Shown: positions 46,740 through 57,125, counted from the first letter of the stretch. The stretch is DNA of 64,000 bases from Akkermansiaceae bacterium UBA6138 (GCA_002422425.1 DIVG01000005.1:10334-74333); one strand, 5' to 3'. The notes: generated from the sequence alone by a model not told the origin. Made by a program: numbers and translations.

Positions 46740-49700
46740 CTTCGTTTTTTGGCCGACTTTTCCGTTGCCCCGGCGCTATCGAATGGGGGTTCGGGCGGGA
46801 GGGACGTTTCGCTGCCTTCGATCCGAGCGGCGGGTTTCTGCCTCGTGTTTGTCTGATTGTGTAGGTTTAAATTGAGCTCCCGGGAGCCGTAGTCTCCCGT
46901 GAAGCGGAGATTCAGTTCGCCGACGCGGCCCTGAAAATAGAGGCTGCCGGCCCCTTTGTCATACTCAAATCGTTTCAGGGTATTGATGCTCAGCTCGGCG
47001 AGGCTGCGTTTGAGGTGGTTCCATTCGGGTGGCAGATTTTCGAGGGTGGTTCCGAGTTTGGTGATGTCAAACCAACCGGGGCCGGTGGTTTGGAATTCCC
47101 CGGTCGTCTCTCCCACGACCTTGTCGCGCCCCTCCGCGATGACGTTGAGTGAGACGCGGCCTTCCATGAGAAAGGAATCAGGGACGAGAACTTGCGTGAG
47201 TGGTCCGGTGTCCATTCCCGTCCCGGCGATCCAGGCGTCCCATTTTCCCGGATCTCTGAGATAGAAATTAAACTGTCCTTGGGCGTAGCCGTCGTAGGAC
47301 GCACCTCCGAATTGTCCGTAAACGCCGTCCGAATCGAAAGTCACCGTAATATAGAGGTCACTCGCCTCGTGCTCTTTCCATACGGCGCGCTTCAGGGTGA
47401 AGGTTTGGACGAGATTATTGTCGATTTCCTGGGTCGGAACGTTGAACTGCACGTCACCGGTCAGGCCGTAGAGATCGACTTTGTATTCGGGAAAACGGTA
47501 GACGTGATCTTCGTCGGGAATGGTGAGTTGCAGTTCGATCCTCCCACCGGACATACTGGTGGTGGCGTCGAAGGGAAAGGGAACGATCCCGATGGGAATT
47601 CCCGTCGGGGCAATCACGATTTTCCCGGCAGTGGCATTGATCGTTTTAATGATCCAGTCGGGTTTTTTGTCCGGATCGACCCCGGCCTCGATGCCGACGC
47701 TGGCACCTTCGTTCTGTTCGCGGAAATTCCGCTGGTAGTCGATCCACCAGAAGAGGCCCTGGCCGACGTGAAGGGAGGGGCCGATGAGGTCGATCTTTTC
47801 GATTTCCTGGCGCGCTAGTCCGGCGAGAGAGAATTCGACAAAGATGGTGGGTAGAAAGGCCACCGTGATGAAGGAGTTGTAGGGATCCTTGATCTCGATT
47901 CCGGCAAGTTCGATTTTTTGTCGTTTTTCCTCGGCGAGCAAGCCGTCGAGCGAGAGCGGCACCTCACTGAGCCGGGTCTCGATGGCAAAGCGGAGCCCGT
48001 CGACCTGAGGGATGAGCGCCTCGAACTGCACCAGGCTTTGTGTGATCTCGACCTCTTCGATCAGCCAAGCGGGGAGGCGGCCTCGCCTCTCGGCCTGCGG
48101 ACTGCTTGTGGAGAAAGGCGCGGGTTCGACAGGGGCATCGACAGGGGCATCTGCCGCATTTTCCTTTTTACCGGTGTCGGTAATCGCCTTGAGTCCTTCG
48201 CCGACGGTGAGGATGGCTCCGCTCATTTTCAGTTTGCTGATGCGCCGGGTCCGCTGGAGTTGGTCAGCGGTGAAGTCGACGGCGATCTCTTTCACGGAAA
48301 AGACATCCCCCTCGTTGAGCGGATTGATCAGGGCTGTCGCGGGAATTCCCGCGGATAGCCCGGGTGGTGCCGGTGGCCCGGTTGTCTCGATGAGCCGGGG
48401 GTGATTGCGGATTTGAAAGTCATCGAGGCGGAGGTGATACGAGTAGGGATCTACTTCGGCAGTGTGGACGCTGTGGAGCGAAAAACTGGAGTAGATTTTC
48501 GGCACCTTCCCGACGGCAAAACTGGAGTCGGCGACGAGACGGCCGCCCGTGACATCGAGGTGGGCGACTCGATAGAAGGGGCGGTTGCCAGGCTCGGGCT
48601 GATCGGCTCTTGGTGAGGTTGAGGCTTCAAGCCAGGCCCCGAGAGTTTCGTCGGTGAAATCGATCTGCGGGCCTTTCGCCACGACCCGGTCGATGAGACC
48701 GTTTTTCCTGAAATCAGACCAGTTTCCGGTAATGTTGGCGTATTCGACGGCGAGAAGGGTTTCGCCGGAGGTGGAAGCGCCGGGGGCGCGCAATTTGCTT
48801 TGCTCGAGAATGATGCTTTGCGCGCCGTCGGATTGGAATCCCTCATTGCCGAACTGGAGGTTTTGGAGCCCGGCTTCGATTCTGGATTCGAAATAAGGAG
48901 CGGTTTTTTCTCCCAGCGTAAGGTTCTGGACGAGGACCGTGGCGTCGGAGAGGGTGAGTTTTTCGATCGTCCACGGGAGGGCGGGGGATGAGGACTTGCC
49001 GGGGTCGTTTTTTCCCCGACCGAAGTGACCGAGGCGGGTGGTGGAGTTGTCGCTTACGAGGACATCGAGCCCTTCAAACCGAACCTCGGAGACGGTTCGG
49101 TTGTGGACGAGCTGTCCGAGTTCAGAGACGGAGAGTTTGATGCGTCCCGCCGAGAGGAAAAGCGAATCGTTGTCGCCGAGGGCTACCTGGTCAAAGCTGA
49201 GGGAGAGGGGGGCGTCACTTTTCCACCGTCCTTCGTTCAAGGAGAGGTTCTGAAAAGCGAAGTTGGCGGAGAACGAGAGCTCGGGAAAGGTGGGCCGGCC
49301 ACCGGTTCCGTCAAAGCCGGTTACTTCGACTGATGCGCCATCCACCCGCAGCGCCTCGATGAGAAGATCGGAGATGTTTTTTTTGGAAACGGGAGCACTC
49401 CCGGCGAGGGGAGCCGGGGCCGGAGGGGATGCTGGCGGGTCGGCAGCTCTGCGATCGCTTCCGCCGTGCTTGGCCGGAGGTTCTGCGGGATCGGGAAAAA
49501 GTCCGGGGGTAATTCGGAGAGACGGGTTCAGAAGATGGAGGGAACTGAGATGAAAACGGGAAAGGTCGGTATTGACCCTCGCCGAGGCGATGAGGCGATC
49601 GACCCGGCCGTTTTCACCTACTTCCCCAATGAGGACGTTGGTCAGGCGTAGGTTGATGGCTTCACGGCTGAGGCCCGACTCACCGAAATCGAGATCGCCG

Positions 49701-50278
49701 GCGCTGAAGTGCCAGTCGGCGGTAACTCGCGGGAATTCCTTGAAGGCAAGCGTGAGGCGGCCCTCGCGAATGGTGAAAGAGTCAGTATAAAAGGCGAGGC
49801 GACTGAGGTCAAAAGGGGCGGTTTCACCCGATCCGCCCGACGCCGGAGCGGTGAGAGCGGTGAGAAGATCCGTGTCCAGGTTGATCTCGGCCCCCCGGAG
49901 CGCGATGGCGCGCAGCTTACCGGTCTCGCGCAACTCGGAGAAGCGATAGGTGATGACCGTTTCCGGCACCGAGGCGAGGAGCGTTCCATTTGGCGCACCT
50001 TTCGGGCTGAGGCGCAAGTTGGAGATGCGAACTTCCCCGAGGCGGTGAAAGTGGACTTCTCCCACGCTGACGTGAAAGGGTTCGACGAGAACAGCGAGAG
50101 TCCGGTTGAGAAGTCGTGCCCGGTTGAGATAGGCGATGGATGAGATCATGCCGGCGAGGACAAGAGTCCCGGCGATAATCATGGCGGAAAGCTTTAGAAA
50201 CCGCCCAAGCCACCTCATGATCCCCCGCAGTGAGCGGCGGTTTTCCACTTTTTCCTGATCTCGCGCTTCCTCTGCCAC
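46736..50278 (-). CDS. YdbH/AsmA-like large periplasm-spanning protein (putative bridge-like lipid transfer protein)
   Basis: N-terminal TM anchor, about 1100 aa of beta-strand-patterned sequence, C-terminus FEYDKGAGSLYFQGRVGELNLRFTGDYGSRELNLNL resembling the YdbH C-terminal region; 4-bp ATGA overlap with the YnbE/YdbL-like gene. Confidence 0.68.
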   Translation of the reverse strand: MAEEARDQEKVENRRSLRGIMRWLGRFLKLSAMIIAGTLVLAGMISSIAYLNRARLLNRTLAVLVEPFHVSVGEVHFHRLGEVRISNLRLSPKGAPNGTLLASVPETVITYRFSELRETGKLRAIALRGAEINLDTDLLTALTAPASGGSGETAPFDLSRLAFYTDSFTIREGRLTLAFKEFPRVTADWHFSAGDLDFGESGLSREAINLRLTNVLIGEVGENGRVDRLIASARVNTDLSRFHLSSLHLLNPSLRITPGLFPDPAEPPAKHGGSDRRAADPPASPPAPAPLAGSAPVSKKNISDLLIEALRVDGASVEVTGFDGTGGRPTFPELSFSANFAFQNLSLNEGRWKSDAPLSLSFDQVALGDNDSLFLSAGRIKLSVSELGQLVHNRTVSEVRFEGLDVLVSDNSTTRLGHFGRGKNDPGKSSSPALPWTIEKLTLSDATVLVQNLTLGEKTAPYFESRIEAGLQNLQFGNEGFQSDGAQSIILEQSKLRAPGASTSGETLLAVEYANITGNWSDFRKNGLIDRVVAKGPQIDFTDETLGAWLEASTSPRADQPEPGNRPFYRVAHLDVTGGRLVADSSFAVGKVPKIYSSFSLHSVHTAEVDPYSYHLRLDDFQIRNHPRLIETTGPPAPPGLSAGIPATALINPLNEGDVFSVKEIAVDFTADQLQRTRRISKLKMSGAILTVGEGLKAITDTGKKENAADAPVDAPVEPAPFSTSSPQAERRGRLPAWLIEEVEITQSLVQFEALIPQVDGLRFAIETRLSEVPLSLDGLLAEEKRQKIELAGIEIKDPYNSFITVAFLPTIFVEFSLAGLARQEIEKIDLIGPSLHVGQGLFWWIDYQRNFREQNEGASVGIEAGVDPDKKPDWIIKTINATAGKIVIAPTGIPIGIVPFPFDATTSMSGGRIELQLTIPDEDHVYRFPEYKVDLYGLTGDVQFNVPTQEIDNNLVQTFTLKRAVWKEHEASDLYITVTFDSDGVYGQFGGASYDGYAQGQFNFYLRDPGKWDAWIAGTGMDTGPLTQVLVPDSFLMEGRVSLNVIAEGRDKVVGETTGEFQTTGPGWFDITKLGTTLENLPPEWNHLKRSLAELSINTLKRFEYDKGAGSLYFQGRVGELNLRFTGDYGSRELNLNLHNQTNTRQKPAARIEGSETSLPPEPPFDSAGATEKSAKKRR

Positions 50279-50357
50279 AGCTGAATGGTAGCCTCGGTTC
50301 TGAAGATTGCGAACGATCGTGGCGCTGAGAGAGGCGGGAGGCAGACTTCGCCTGCAT

Positions 50358-50389
50358 CGACCACTTTCGCCCCATTGCGAAAGTGGTCG
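50358..50389. repeat. 13-bp perfect inverted repeat overlapping the tRNA-Pro 3' end
   Basis: CGACCACTTTCGC-CCCATT-GCGAAAGTGGTCG. Confidence 0.85.
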
Positions 50390-50460
50390 GGACGACAGGA
50401 TTTGAACCTGCGACCCCTACACCCCCAGTGTAGTGCGCTACCAGGCTGCGCCACGTCCCG
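50384..50460 (-). tRNA. tRNA-Pro (GGG), CCA encoded
   Basis: Minus strand CGGGACGTGGCGCAGCCTGGTAGCGCACTACACTGGGGGTGTAGGGGTCGCAGGTTCAAATCCTGTCGTCCCGACCA; anticodon arm CTACA-CTGGGGG-TGTAG. Confidence 0.97.
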
Positions 50461-50606
50461 TTACCTTTTTCGGCGAACCTGAATTCGCAGAGCGGACAGT
50501 GTGAACGAAAAATCGGGTTCCGCAAGTGGCTTGTCTTTTAAAAAATGGCCGCAGCGGTCAGAAGTTGCTTCGACTCGCCGCGAAAGTGTGTCATGGTCGC
50601 CTGCTC

Positions 50607-51665
50607 ATGAAACCGGATAAGATCAAAACGGCGGTCATCGGCGCGAGCGGCTACACCGGTCAGGAGTTGCTGCGTCTTCTCGCGATGCACCCGGCGGTCG
50701 AGCTCGTCGCCGTGACGTCGCGACAGGAGTCTGGCCGGTCCCTTGTCTCGGTTTTCCCCCGCTTCAGCGGCGCGCCGTCCCTCGCAGGACTGTCTTTCAG
50801 CGACCCTGACATCGATGCGCTAGCCGCGACGGGGGCGTCGCTCGCTTTTCTCGCGCTTCCTCACGGGGTCGCTTCGGAGTTTGCGGTTCCTCTCCTCGAA
50901 CGCGGCATCCGTGTGGTTGATCTCAGTGCGGACTTCCGGCTTCGTAGCGCCGCTGTCTACGAGGAGTTTTACGGCCATGCCCATCCGGCCCCGGAGCTGC
51001 TGGCTGAGGCAGTCTACGGATTGCCCGAGTTTTACCGGGACGAAATAGTCCCGGCAAGGCTGGTCGCCTCTCCCGGGTGTTACCCGACGAGCATCCTGAT
51101 GCCGCTCGTGCCGCTTTTGAGGGAGGGGCTCGTGAAAACGCAGGGCATCGCCGTCTCGAGTCTCTCCGGCGTGAGTGGGGCGGGGAGAAAGGCCGATGTG
51201 AGCCTACTTTTTGCGGAGGTCAATGAAAGCCTGCGTGCCTACGGCGCTCCGAAGCACCGGCATCTCAGCGAGATCGAACAGGAGCTCTCCCTCGCCGCCG
51301 GGAGCGGGGTGACGATCTCTTTTGTCCCGCACCTCATGCCGGTCAATGCAGGCATTGTCACGACGATCTTTTGTGAACCGGAGGGTGAGTTGGCTGATTT
51401 GTCAGGTCGGGTTGCGGCGGCGATGGAGGCTTTTTACAGGGGCAGTCCCTTTGTTCGTATTCTCGGCGAAGGTGGTTTTGCCGACACAAAGAATGTCGTG
51501 CGAACTAATTTTGTAGAGGTGGGATGGGTGGTCGACAAGCGGGCGGGGCGACTGATACTTTCCAGCGCCGAGGACAATCTCGGCAAAGGGGCCGGCGGTC
51601 AGGCCATTCAGAGTTTTAATCTCATGAATGGCCTCCCCGAGACTTGCGGTCTTTTGAATTTCTGA
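50607..51665 (+). CDS. argC: N-acetyl-gamma-glutamyl-phosphate reductase
   Basis: IGASGYTG, FLALPHG, DLSADFRL, ASPGCYPT, SGVSGAGR, HRHLSEI, DNLGKGAGGQAIQSFN. Confidence 0.96.
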   Translation: MKPDKIKTAVIGASGYTGQELLRLLAMHPAVELVAVTSRQESGRSLVSVFPRFSGAPSLAGLSFSDPDIDALAATGASLAFLALPHGVASEFAVPLLERGIRVVDLSADFRLRSAAVYEEFYGHAHPAPELLAEAVYGLPEFYRDEIVPARLVASPGCYPTSILMPLVPLLREGLVKTQGIAVSSLSGVSGAGRKADVSLLFAEVNESLRAYGAPKHRHLSEIEQELSLAAGSGVTISFVPHLMPVNAGIVTTIFCEPEGELADLSGRVAAAMEAFYRGSPFVRILGEGGFADTKNVVRTNFVEVGWVVDKRAGRLILSSAEDNLGKGAGGQAIQSFNLMNGLPETCGLLNF

Positions 51666-51688
51666 TTCGTTCCTTTCCCGTTTCGCAA

Positions 51689-52921
51689 ATGAGTAAGAAA
51701 GTAAAATTGATCGAGGGCGGCATCTGCGCGCCCGCCGGGTTCCTGTCGGCGGCGATCAGCTGCGGCATTAAAAACCCTGCGGCCGAGCGACTGGACCTCG
51801 CCCTTATTTATTCACCGTTTCCCACCGTGGGTTCGGCGGTTTATACTCAGAATCAGGTCTGTGCGGCCCCGGTCCGTCTCTCTTCAAGTAATCTCAAGTC
51901 GGCCGAGCCGAGGGCCATCATCGTCAACAGCGGGAATGCCAATGCCTGCACTGGTCATGCGGGAATGGTCAATGCCCGCGCGATGTCGACGGCGACGGGC
52001 AAGGCGCTCGGCCTGAAGCAGCGCGAGATCCAGGTCTGCTCGACCGGAATCATCGGCGTCCAGATGCCGATCGAGCGAATCGAACCCCGTATTCCGGAGC
52101 TCGCTTCTTTGCTGGGGAGGGACGGTGATCCGGCGGCGAGGGCGATCATGACGAGCGACACACAGCCGAAAAGCATCGCGGTCTCGGTAAAGATCGGCGA
52201 TGTTAAGGTTCGCATCGGGGCAATCGCGAAGGGCGCGGGCATGATCAATCCCCACATGGCCACGATGCTCTGTTTTGTCACGACGGACGCCGCTATTTCC
52301 AAGGCTGAGATCACTTCCGCGACGCGGGAGGCGGTTGATCATTCATTCAACCGCATCACCGTCGACGGGGACACGAGCACGAATGACACCGTCATCGTGA
52401 TGGCGAATCACCAGGCCGGCAACAAGCCCATCACCCGCGGGGGTGAGGGCAGTGCCGAGTTTCGCGAAGCCCTCACCGCCGTCATGCTCATTCTCGCCAA
52501 GCGCATCGTCGCCGACGGCGAACGGGTCACCAAGCTCGTCGAAGTGACGGTTCGCGGAGCAGCCTCAAGTCTTGATGCCGAAAGGGTTGCCCGTGCCGTG
52601 GCAAATTCGAAGTTGGTGAAGTGTTCGTGGAACGGGAACGATCCGAACTGGGGGCGCATCATCCATGCGGTCGGCTACTCAGGGGCACGCGTGAAGGAGG
52701 AAATGGTCAACATTCACCTCAATGGTGTTCTCGCCGCGCAGAACGGCCTCGCCGCGCCCACCGCGATCGAGAAGCTTTCGGAAGCGGTAAGCGGGCCGGA
52801 ATTGTCGGTCGGGATTGATCTCAACATTGGCAAGGGTGAGTTCACGGTCTACACTTCGGACCTGTCGCCCGAGTATGTCCTCTTCAACCGGGAGGAATAC
52901 TCTCTCAATCGTAAAAAATAA
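51689..52921 (+). CDS. argJ: Bifunctional ornithine acetyltransferase/N-acetylglutamate synthase
   Basis: NSGNANACTG, STGIIG, IMTSDT, AKGAGMINPHMATML (autocleavage Thr), DGDTSTNDT, DGERVTK, DPNWGRI. Confidence 0.96.
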   Translation: MSKKVKLIEGGICAPAGFLSAAISCGIKNPAAERLDLALIYSPFPTVGSAVYTQNQVCAAPVRLSSSNLKSAEPRAIIVNSGNANACTGHAGMVNARAMSTATGKALGLKQREIQVCSTGIIGVQMPIERIEPRIPELASLLGRDGDPAARAIMTSDTQPKSIAVSVKIGDVKVRIGAIAKGAGMINPHMATMLCFVTTDAAISKAEITSATREAVDHSFNRITVDGDTSTNDTVIVMANHQAGNKPITRGGEGSAEFREALTAVMLILAKRIVADGERVTKLVEVTVRGAASSLDAERVARAVANSKLVKCSWNGNDPNWGRIIHAVGYSGARVKEEMVNIHLNGVLAAQNGLAAPTAIEKLSEAVSGPELSVGIDLNIGKGEFTVYTSDLSPEYVLFNREEYSLNRKK

Positions 52922-53025
52922 ACTCCCGGCCCCTTCGTGATCCCGGTGGCAGGGGGCGTGGCGGGGAGTATTCTCCCCTTGCCCGAAGCGGGATATCGAC
53001 GAACTTTGGCGCCCCCCATTTTGCA

Positions 53026-53913
53026 ATGGCCTCCATTTTTCAGCAGCAAATTGAGAAAGCCGCCGTTTTGGTCGAGGCCCTGCCCTATCTGCAGCACTTT
53101 CGCGGGCAGACATTCCTGATCAAGGTGGGCGGGAGTGCGATGGACGATCCGAACCTTGTGGGCAGGCTCCTGCGCGACGTCGTTTTCATGGAGGTGGCGG
53201 GGATCAACCCCGTCCTCGTCCATGGAGGTGGCAAGGCGATTTCGGCGGCGATGAAAGATTCCGGCTTACCGGCCGAATTCATTGGCGGGCTTCGTGTCAC
53301 GACGGACGAGGCGATGGAGCTGGTCGAGCGCACTCTCAGCCGCGAAATTAATCCCGGGCTGGTCAAGGGGATCGAGAGCTACGGTGGTCGGGCGATCGGA
53401 GTTCCGGGGAATGAGGCCCTCATCGGCGAGCGTATCAGCGGCTGGTCGAAGGAAGAGGATCGGGAGATCAGTCTGGGCCGGGTCGGTCGTGTCGTCGGCT
53501 TCGACACCTCCATCATTCGCGCCGCGATTGCGAGTGAGATCGTGCCGGTGATCTCCCCGATTGCATCGGAATCGGGGACAAGGCTGAGCCTCAATGTCAA
53601 TGCCGACCTCGCGGCCAGTGCCCTCGCCGCCGAGCTCAAGGCGAGCAAGCTGGTTTATCTTAGTGATGTGTTAGGTTTGATGAGGGATCCGTCGGACGAG
53701 AGCAGTCTGATTCACTCGCTCAAGACCGGCGAGGTCGAGGGCCTCATCGCCGACGGCACCATCAGTGGCGGCATGATCCCGAAAGTGCGTTCCTCGGTCG
53801 AGGCGCTCAATGCCGGTGTGGGAAAGGTCCACATGATCGACGGGCGCATTTCCCATTCGCTCCTGCTGGAAATTTTCACCCAGGAAGGAATCGGCACGGA
53901 AATGGTGAAATGA
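53026..53913 (+). CDS. argB: Acetylglutamate kinase
   Basis: EALPYLQHF, IKVGGSAM, VHGGGK, GLRVT, NVNAD, GGMIPKV, HSLLLEIFT. Confidence 0.96.
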   Translation: MASIFQQQIEKAAVLVEALPYLQHFRGQTFLIKVGGSAMDDPNLVGRLLRDVVFMEVAGINPVLVHGGGKAISAAMKDSGLPAEFIGGLRVTTDEAMELVERTLSREINPGLVKGIESYGGRAIGVPGNEALIGERISGWSKEEDREISLGRVGRVVGFDTSIIRAAIASEIVPVISPIASESGTRLSLNVNADLAASALAAELKASKLVYLSDVLGLMRDPSDESSLIHSLKTGEVEGLIADGTISGGMIPKVRSSVEALNAGVGKVHMIDGRISHSLLLEIFTQEGIGTEMVK

Positions 53914-55181
53914 AGGAATCGCAACAGACCACGGCTGATTTGATGGACCGCTACGTTCTCGGTAACTACGGTCGTTTTCCGATCGCTTTTTCGCGGGGGG
54001 AGGGTTCCTACCTCTGGTCCGAAGAGGGCCGACGCTACCTGGACTTTTCCTCCGGTGTTGCCGTTTGCGCGCTCGGCCATTGCCCTCCGGGAATGCAGGA
54101 GGCTCTACGCAGGCAGGCCGCAGAGCTGATCCACTGCTCGAACCTTTATCACGTCCGCGCTCAGGCTGAGCTGGCTCGCTTTGTTGTCGAGACAATGATG
54201 GAGATCCCCGGAAAGGTGTTTTTCTGCAACAGTGGTGCCGAAGCCAATGACGGGCTCATCAAACTCGCGCGGAAGCGGGCCTATGACAAGTATGGTGCGG
54301 CAGCGGGAAAAAACGAGGTCATCACCTGTCAGCAGTCTTTTCACGGCCGCACTCTCGGCGGGATTGCGGCTACAGGCCAGCCCAAGGTCAAGACCGGCTT
54401 TGATCCCCTCCTGCCCGGCTTCCTTCACGTGCCCTTCAATGATGTGGCGGCCCTGCGTGAGGCCGTCACGGAAAAGACTTGTGCGATCCTCTTCGAACCG
54501 GTTCAGGGTGAAGGGGGTATTAATACGGCCACTCCGGAGTATTTTGCCGCCGCTGCGGCGCTGCGTGACGAGTTCGATTTGCTGCTGATGTTCGATGAGG
54601 TCCAGTGCGGGGCGGGTCGTACCGGCGACTGGTGCGGCTGGCGCAGTGTCCTTAAGGGCAGCGGGATCTCGGTTGAGCCCGATGCGGTGAGTTGGGCGAA
54701 GGGTTTCGCGGGCGGATTTCCTATGGGATCGTTCTGGGCGAGCGAGACGCACGCGGGTGTTCTCGGGCCGGGATCGCACGGTTCGACCTTCGGCGGTACA
54801 CCGCTGGCCTGTGCCGTGGCCATGGCGGTGCTTGGCGAGATCGAGTCGGGCGGGGTGCTTGAGAATGTGAAAACGCAGAACGCGCGTATTCGCGAAGGGG
54901 TCGCGAAGTGGGATTTCCCGGTGATTCGAGAGTTGCGCGGGGTCGGGCTGCTGTTGGGTTTTGTCCTCGACACGGAGAGGATGAGCGGAGTTGATGGATT
55001 TCTTGAGTCAGGCAATACGCCGAGTCTTTTTGTGGTAAATCGGGCGAGAGAGGCGGGGCTTCTCACGGTTCCCGCAGGGGAGAATGTGGTGCGCTGGCTG
55101 CCGCCGCTGAATGTCTCTGCCGGAGAGGTGGACGAGGCGCTTGCTCTTTTCGGCGGTGTCCTCGCCGGTATGTCAGTATAA
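53910..55181 (+). CDS. argD: Acetylornithine aminotransferase
   Basis: YLDFSSGVAV, FCNSGAEAN, SFHGRTLG, EPVQGEGG, FDEVQCG, WAKGFAGG (PLP Lys), HGSTFGG. Confidence 0.93.
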   Translation: MKESQQTTADLMDRYVLGNYGRFPIAFSRGEGSYLWSEEGRRYLDFSSGVAVCALGHCPPGMQEALRRQAAELIHCSNLYHVRAQAELARFVVETMMEIPGKVFFCNSGAEANDGLIKLARKRAYDKYGAAAGKNEVITCQQSFHGRTLGGIAATGQPKVKTGFDPLLPGFLHVPFNDVAALREAVTEKTCAILFEPVQGEGGINTATPEYFAAAAALRDEFDLLLMFDEVQCGAGRTGDWCGWRSVLKGSGISVEPDAVSWAKGFAGGFPMGSFWASETHAGVLGPGSHGSTFGGTPLACAVAMAVLGEIESGGVLENVKTQNARIREGVAKWDFPVIRELRGVGLLLGFVLDTERMSGVDGFLESGNTPSLFVVNRAREAGLLTVPAGENVVRWLPPLNVSAGEVDEALALFGGVLAGMSV

Positions 55182-55199
55182 CAGGCGAACAGTCGGGAC

Positions 55200-56123
55200 G
55201 TGATGAAACATCTTCTTGGAATTGAACAACTGAGCAAAGAGGAAATCGCTACTCTGATCGATCACGCGGTCGTCCTGAAAGCCTCTCGCGGGCGTGTCGG
55301 GTTGATAGAGGAGACCCTCAAAGGCGAGACTTGGGCGATGATCTTCACAAAGTCATCGACCCGAACTCGCGTCAGTTTTGAAGTGGGCCTGAACGAACTC
55401 GGGGCGAAGGCTCTCTTTCTGAATGCCAATGACATTCAACTCGGCCGCGGTGAACCGATCAAGGACACCGCCAGGGTTCTCGGGCGCATGGTTCACGGGG
55501 CCATTATCCGCACTTTTGCCCAGCAGGACGTTGTTGATTTTGCCGAATACGGGAAAATCCCCACGATTAACGCCCTCACTGACGAGGAGCACCCCTGCCA
55601 GATCCTTGCGGACCTTCTTACGATGCGGGAGCGGTTGGGCGGTTGGGACGGTAAGAAAGTCGTCTTTTTCGGAGACGGAGACTGCAATATGGGACGCTCG
55701 TGGGCGTGGGCCGCGAAGCGGCTTGGCTTCGAACTTGTCATCGCCGCGCCGAAGGAGTTCCAGCCCGACGCGGCTTTCATGGAGCGTCTCGGTGAGGCAC
55801 CGGTGACTCTCACCGAAGATGTGATCGCCGCCTCGATCGGGGCCGATGTGCTTTACACGGATACCTGGGTGAGCATGGGACGGGAATCCGAGGCAGGTGC
55901 AAGGCTGAAGGTCCTGGCACCTTTCCAGATCAACGCGAAGCTCGTGAAACTGGCGAAAAAAGGGGCCATCGTGCAACATTGCCTTCCCGCCTATCGCGAC
56001 AAGGAGATTAGCGAAGAGGTCTTCGAAGAGCGTGCTGACGAGATCTTTCAACAGGCCGAAAACCGGCTCCATGCCCAAAAGGCGGTCCTTATTGCTCTAG
56101 CGAGAGGTCGATCAGCGGGATGA
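55200..56123 (+). CDS. argF: Ornithine carbamoyltransferase
   Basis: KSSTRTRVSFE, INALTDEEHPCQ, DVLYTDTWVSMG, HCLPA, QAENRLH. Confidence 0.96.
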   Translation: MMKHLLGIEQLSKEEIATLIDHAVVLKASRGRVGLIEETLKGETWAMIFTKSSTRTRVSFEVGLNELGAKALFLNANDIQLGRGEPIKDTARVLGRMVHGAIIRTFAQQDVVDFAEYGKIPTINALTDEEHPCQILADLLTMRERLGGWDGKKVVFFGDGDCNMGRSWAWAAKRLGFELVIAAPKEFQPDAAFMERLGEAPVTLTEDVIAASIGADVLYTDTWVSMGRESEAGARLKVLAPFQINAKLVKLAKKGAIVQHCLPAYRDKEISEEVFEERADEIFQQAENRLHAQKAVLIALARGRSAG

Positions 56124-56192
56124 ACCCGGTGAAGCCGAAGGGAAGGCCTTTTCCTGTTGTGGCCGGCTGTTTTGAGAGAGCGGGAAGCCGGT

Positions 56193-57125
56193 TCAGGCGG
56201 CGATCAATCTCGTGAAGTAGTCGATGGCCCGATCCAGTCCTTCCTCGAGTTCAATTTTGGGTTCCCATCCCAGCGCGGTGCGGGCAAGGGTGATGTCGGG
56301 CCGACGCTGGAGGGGGTCGTCACCGGGAAGGGGGCGAAAGGTGAGCCCGGAGGTGCCTCCGATCTTGGCGAGGATCTTTTCAGCGAGTTCAAGCATGGTG
56401 AATTCACCCGGGTTGCCGAGATTGACCGGCCCGGTGAGTTCGGGAGAGTTCATGAGTCTGATGAACCCTTCGATGAGGTCGTCGACATAGCAGAAAGAGC
56501 GAGTCTGGGTGCCGTCGCCGTAGATGGTGAGATCCTCTCCGCGGAGAGCCTGCATGATGAAGTTCGAGACGACGCGTCCGTCATCCGGCAGCATGCGCGG
56601 GCCGTAGGTATTGAAAATGCGGGCAATGCGGATATCGACGTGGTTCTGGCGGTGGTAGTCAAAAAAGAGGGTCTCGGCGCAGCGCTTGCCTTCGTCGTAG
56701 CAGGCGCGAATCCCGATGGGATTGACACTGCCTTTGTAGGACTCCGGCTGGGGGTGGATCTCGGGATCTCCGTAGACTTCCGAGGTGGACGCCTGGAAAA
56801 CGCGGGCGCCGACCCGTTTGGCCAGCCCGAGGCAGTGAATCGCGCCCATTACCGACGTTTTGGTCGTTTTGATGGGGTTATGCTGATAGTGGGGCGGGGA
56901 GGCGGGGCAGGCAAGATTGTAGATCTGGTCGACTTCGAACTTGAAGGGATCGATGACGTCGTGGCGGACGAGCTCGAAGTAGGGATTCCCGAGGAGCCCG
57001 GCGATGTTCTTTTTGCGACCGGTGTAGAAGTTGTCGAGGCAGATCACTTCATTTCCCTCGTTTAAAAGCCGTTCGCAGAGATGGGAGCCGAGAAAACCGG
57101 CTCCGCCGGTGATGAGAATGCGCAT
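56193..57125 (-). CDS. UDP-glucuronate decarboxylase (UDP-xylose synthase)-like SDR
   Basis: [35 protein letters not shown] (YxxxK), [19 protein letters not shown]. Confidence 0.93.
   Translation of the reverse strand: MRILITGGAGFLGSHLCERLLNEGNEVICLDNFYTGRKKNIAGLLGNPYFELVRHDVIDPFKFEVDQIYNLACPASPPHYQHNPIKTTKTSVMGAIHCLGLAKRVGARVFQASTSEVYGDPEIHPQPESYKGSVNPIGIRACYDEGKRCAETLFFDYHRQNHVDIRIARIFNTYGPRMLPDDGRVVSNFIMQALRGEDLTIYGDGTQTRSFCYVDDLIEGFIRLMNSPELTGPVNLGNPGEFTMLELAEKILAKIGGTSGLTFRPLPGDDPLQRRPDITLARTALGWEPKIELEEGLDRAIDYFTRLIAA

Noticed and set aside
52922-53025. GC-rich hairpin between argJ and argB
   Set aside because: Imperfect stem without U-tract or repeat partner; insufficient support
50607-56123. 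argCJBDF lacking argG/argH
   Set aside because: Split arginine operons are common; ordinary housekeeping
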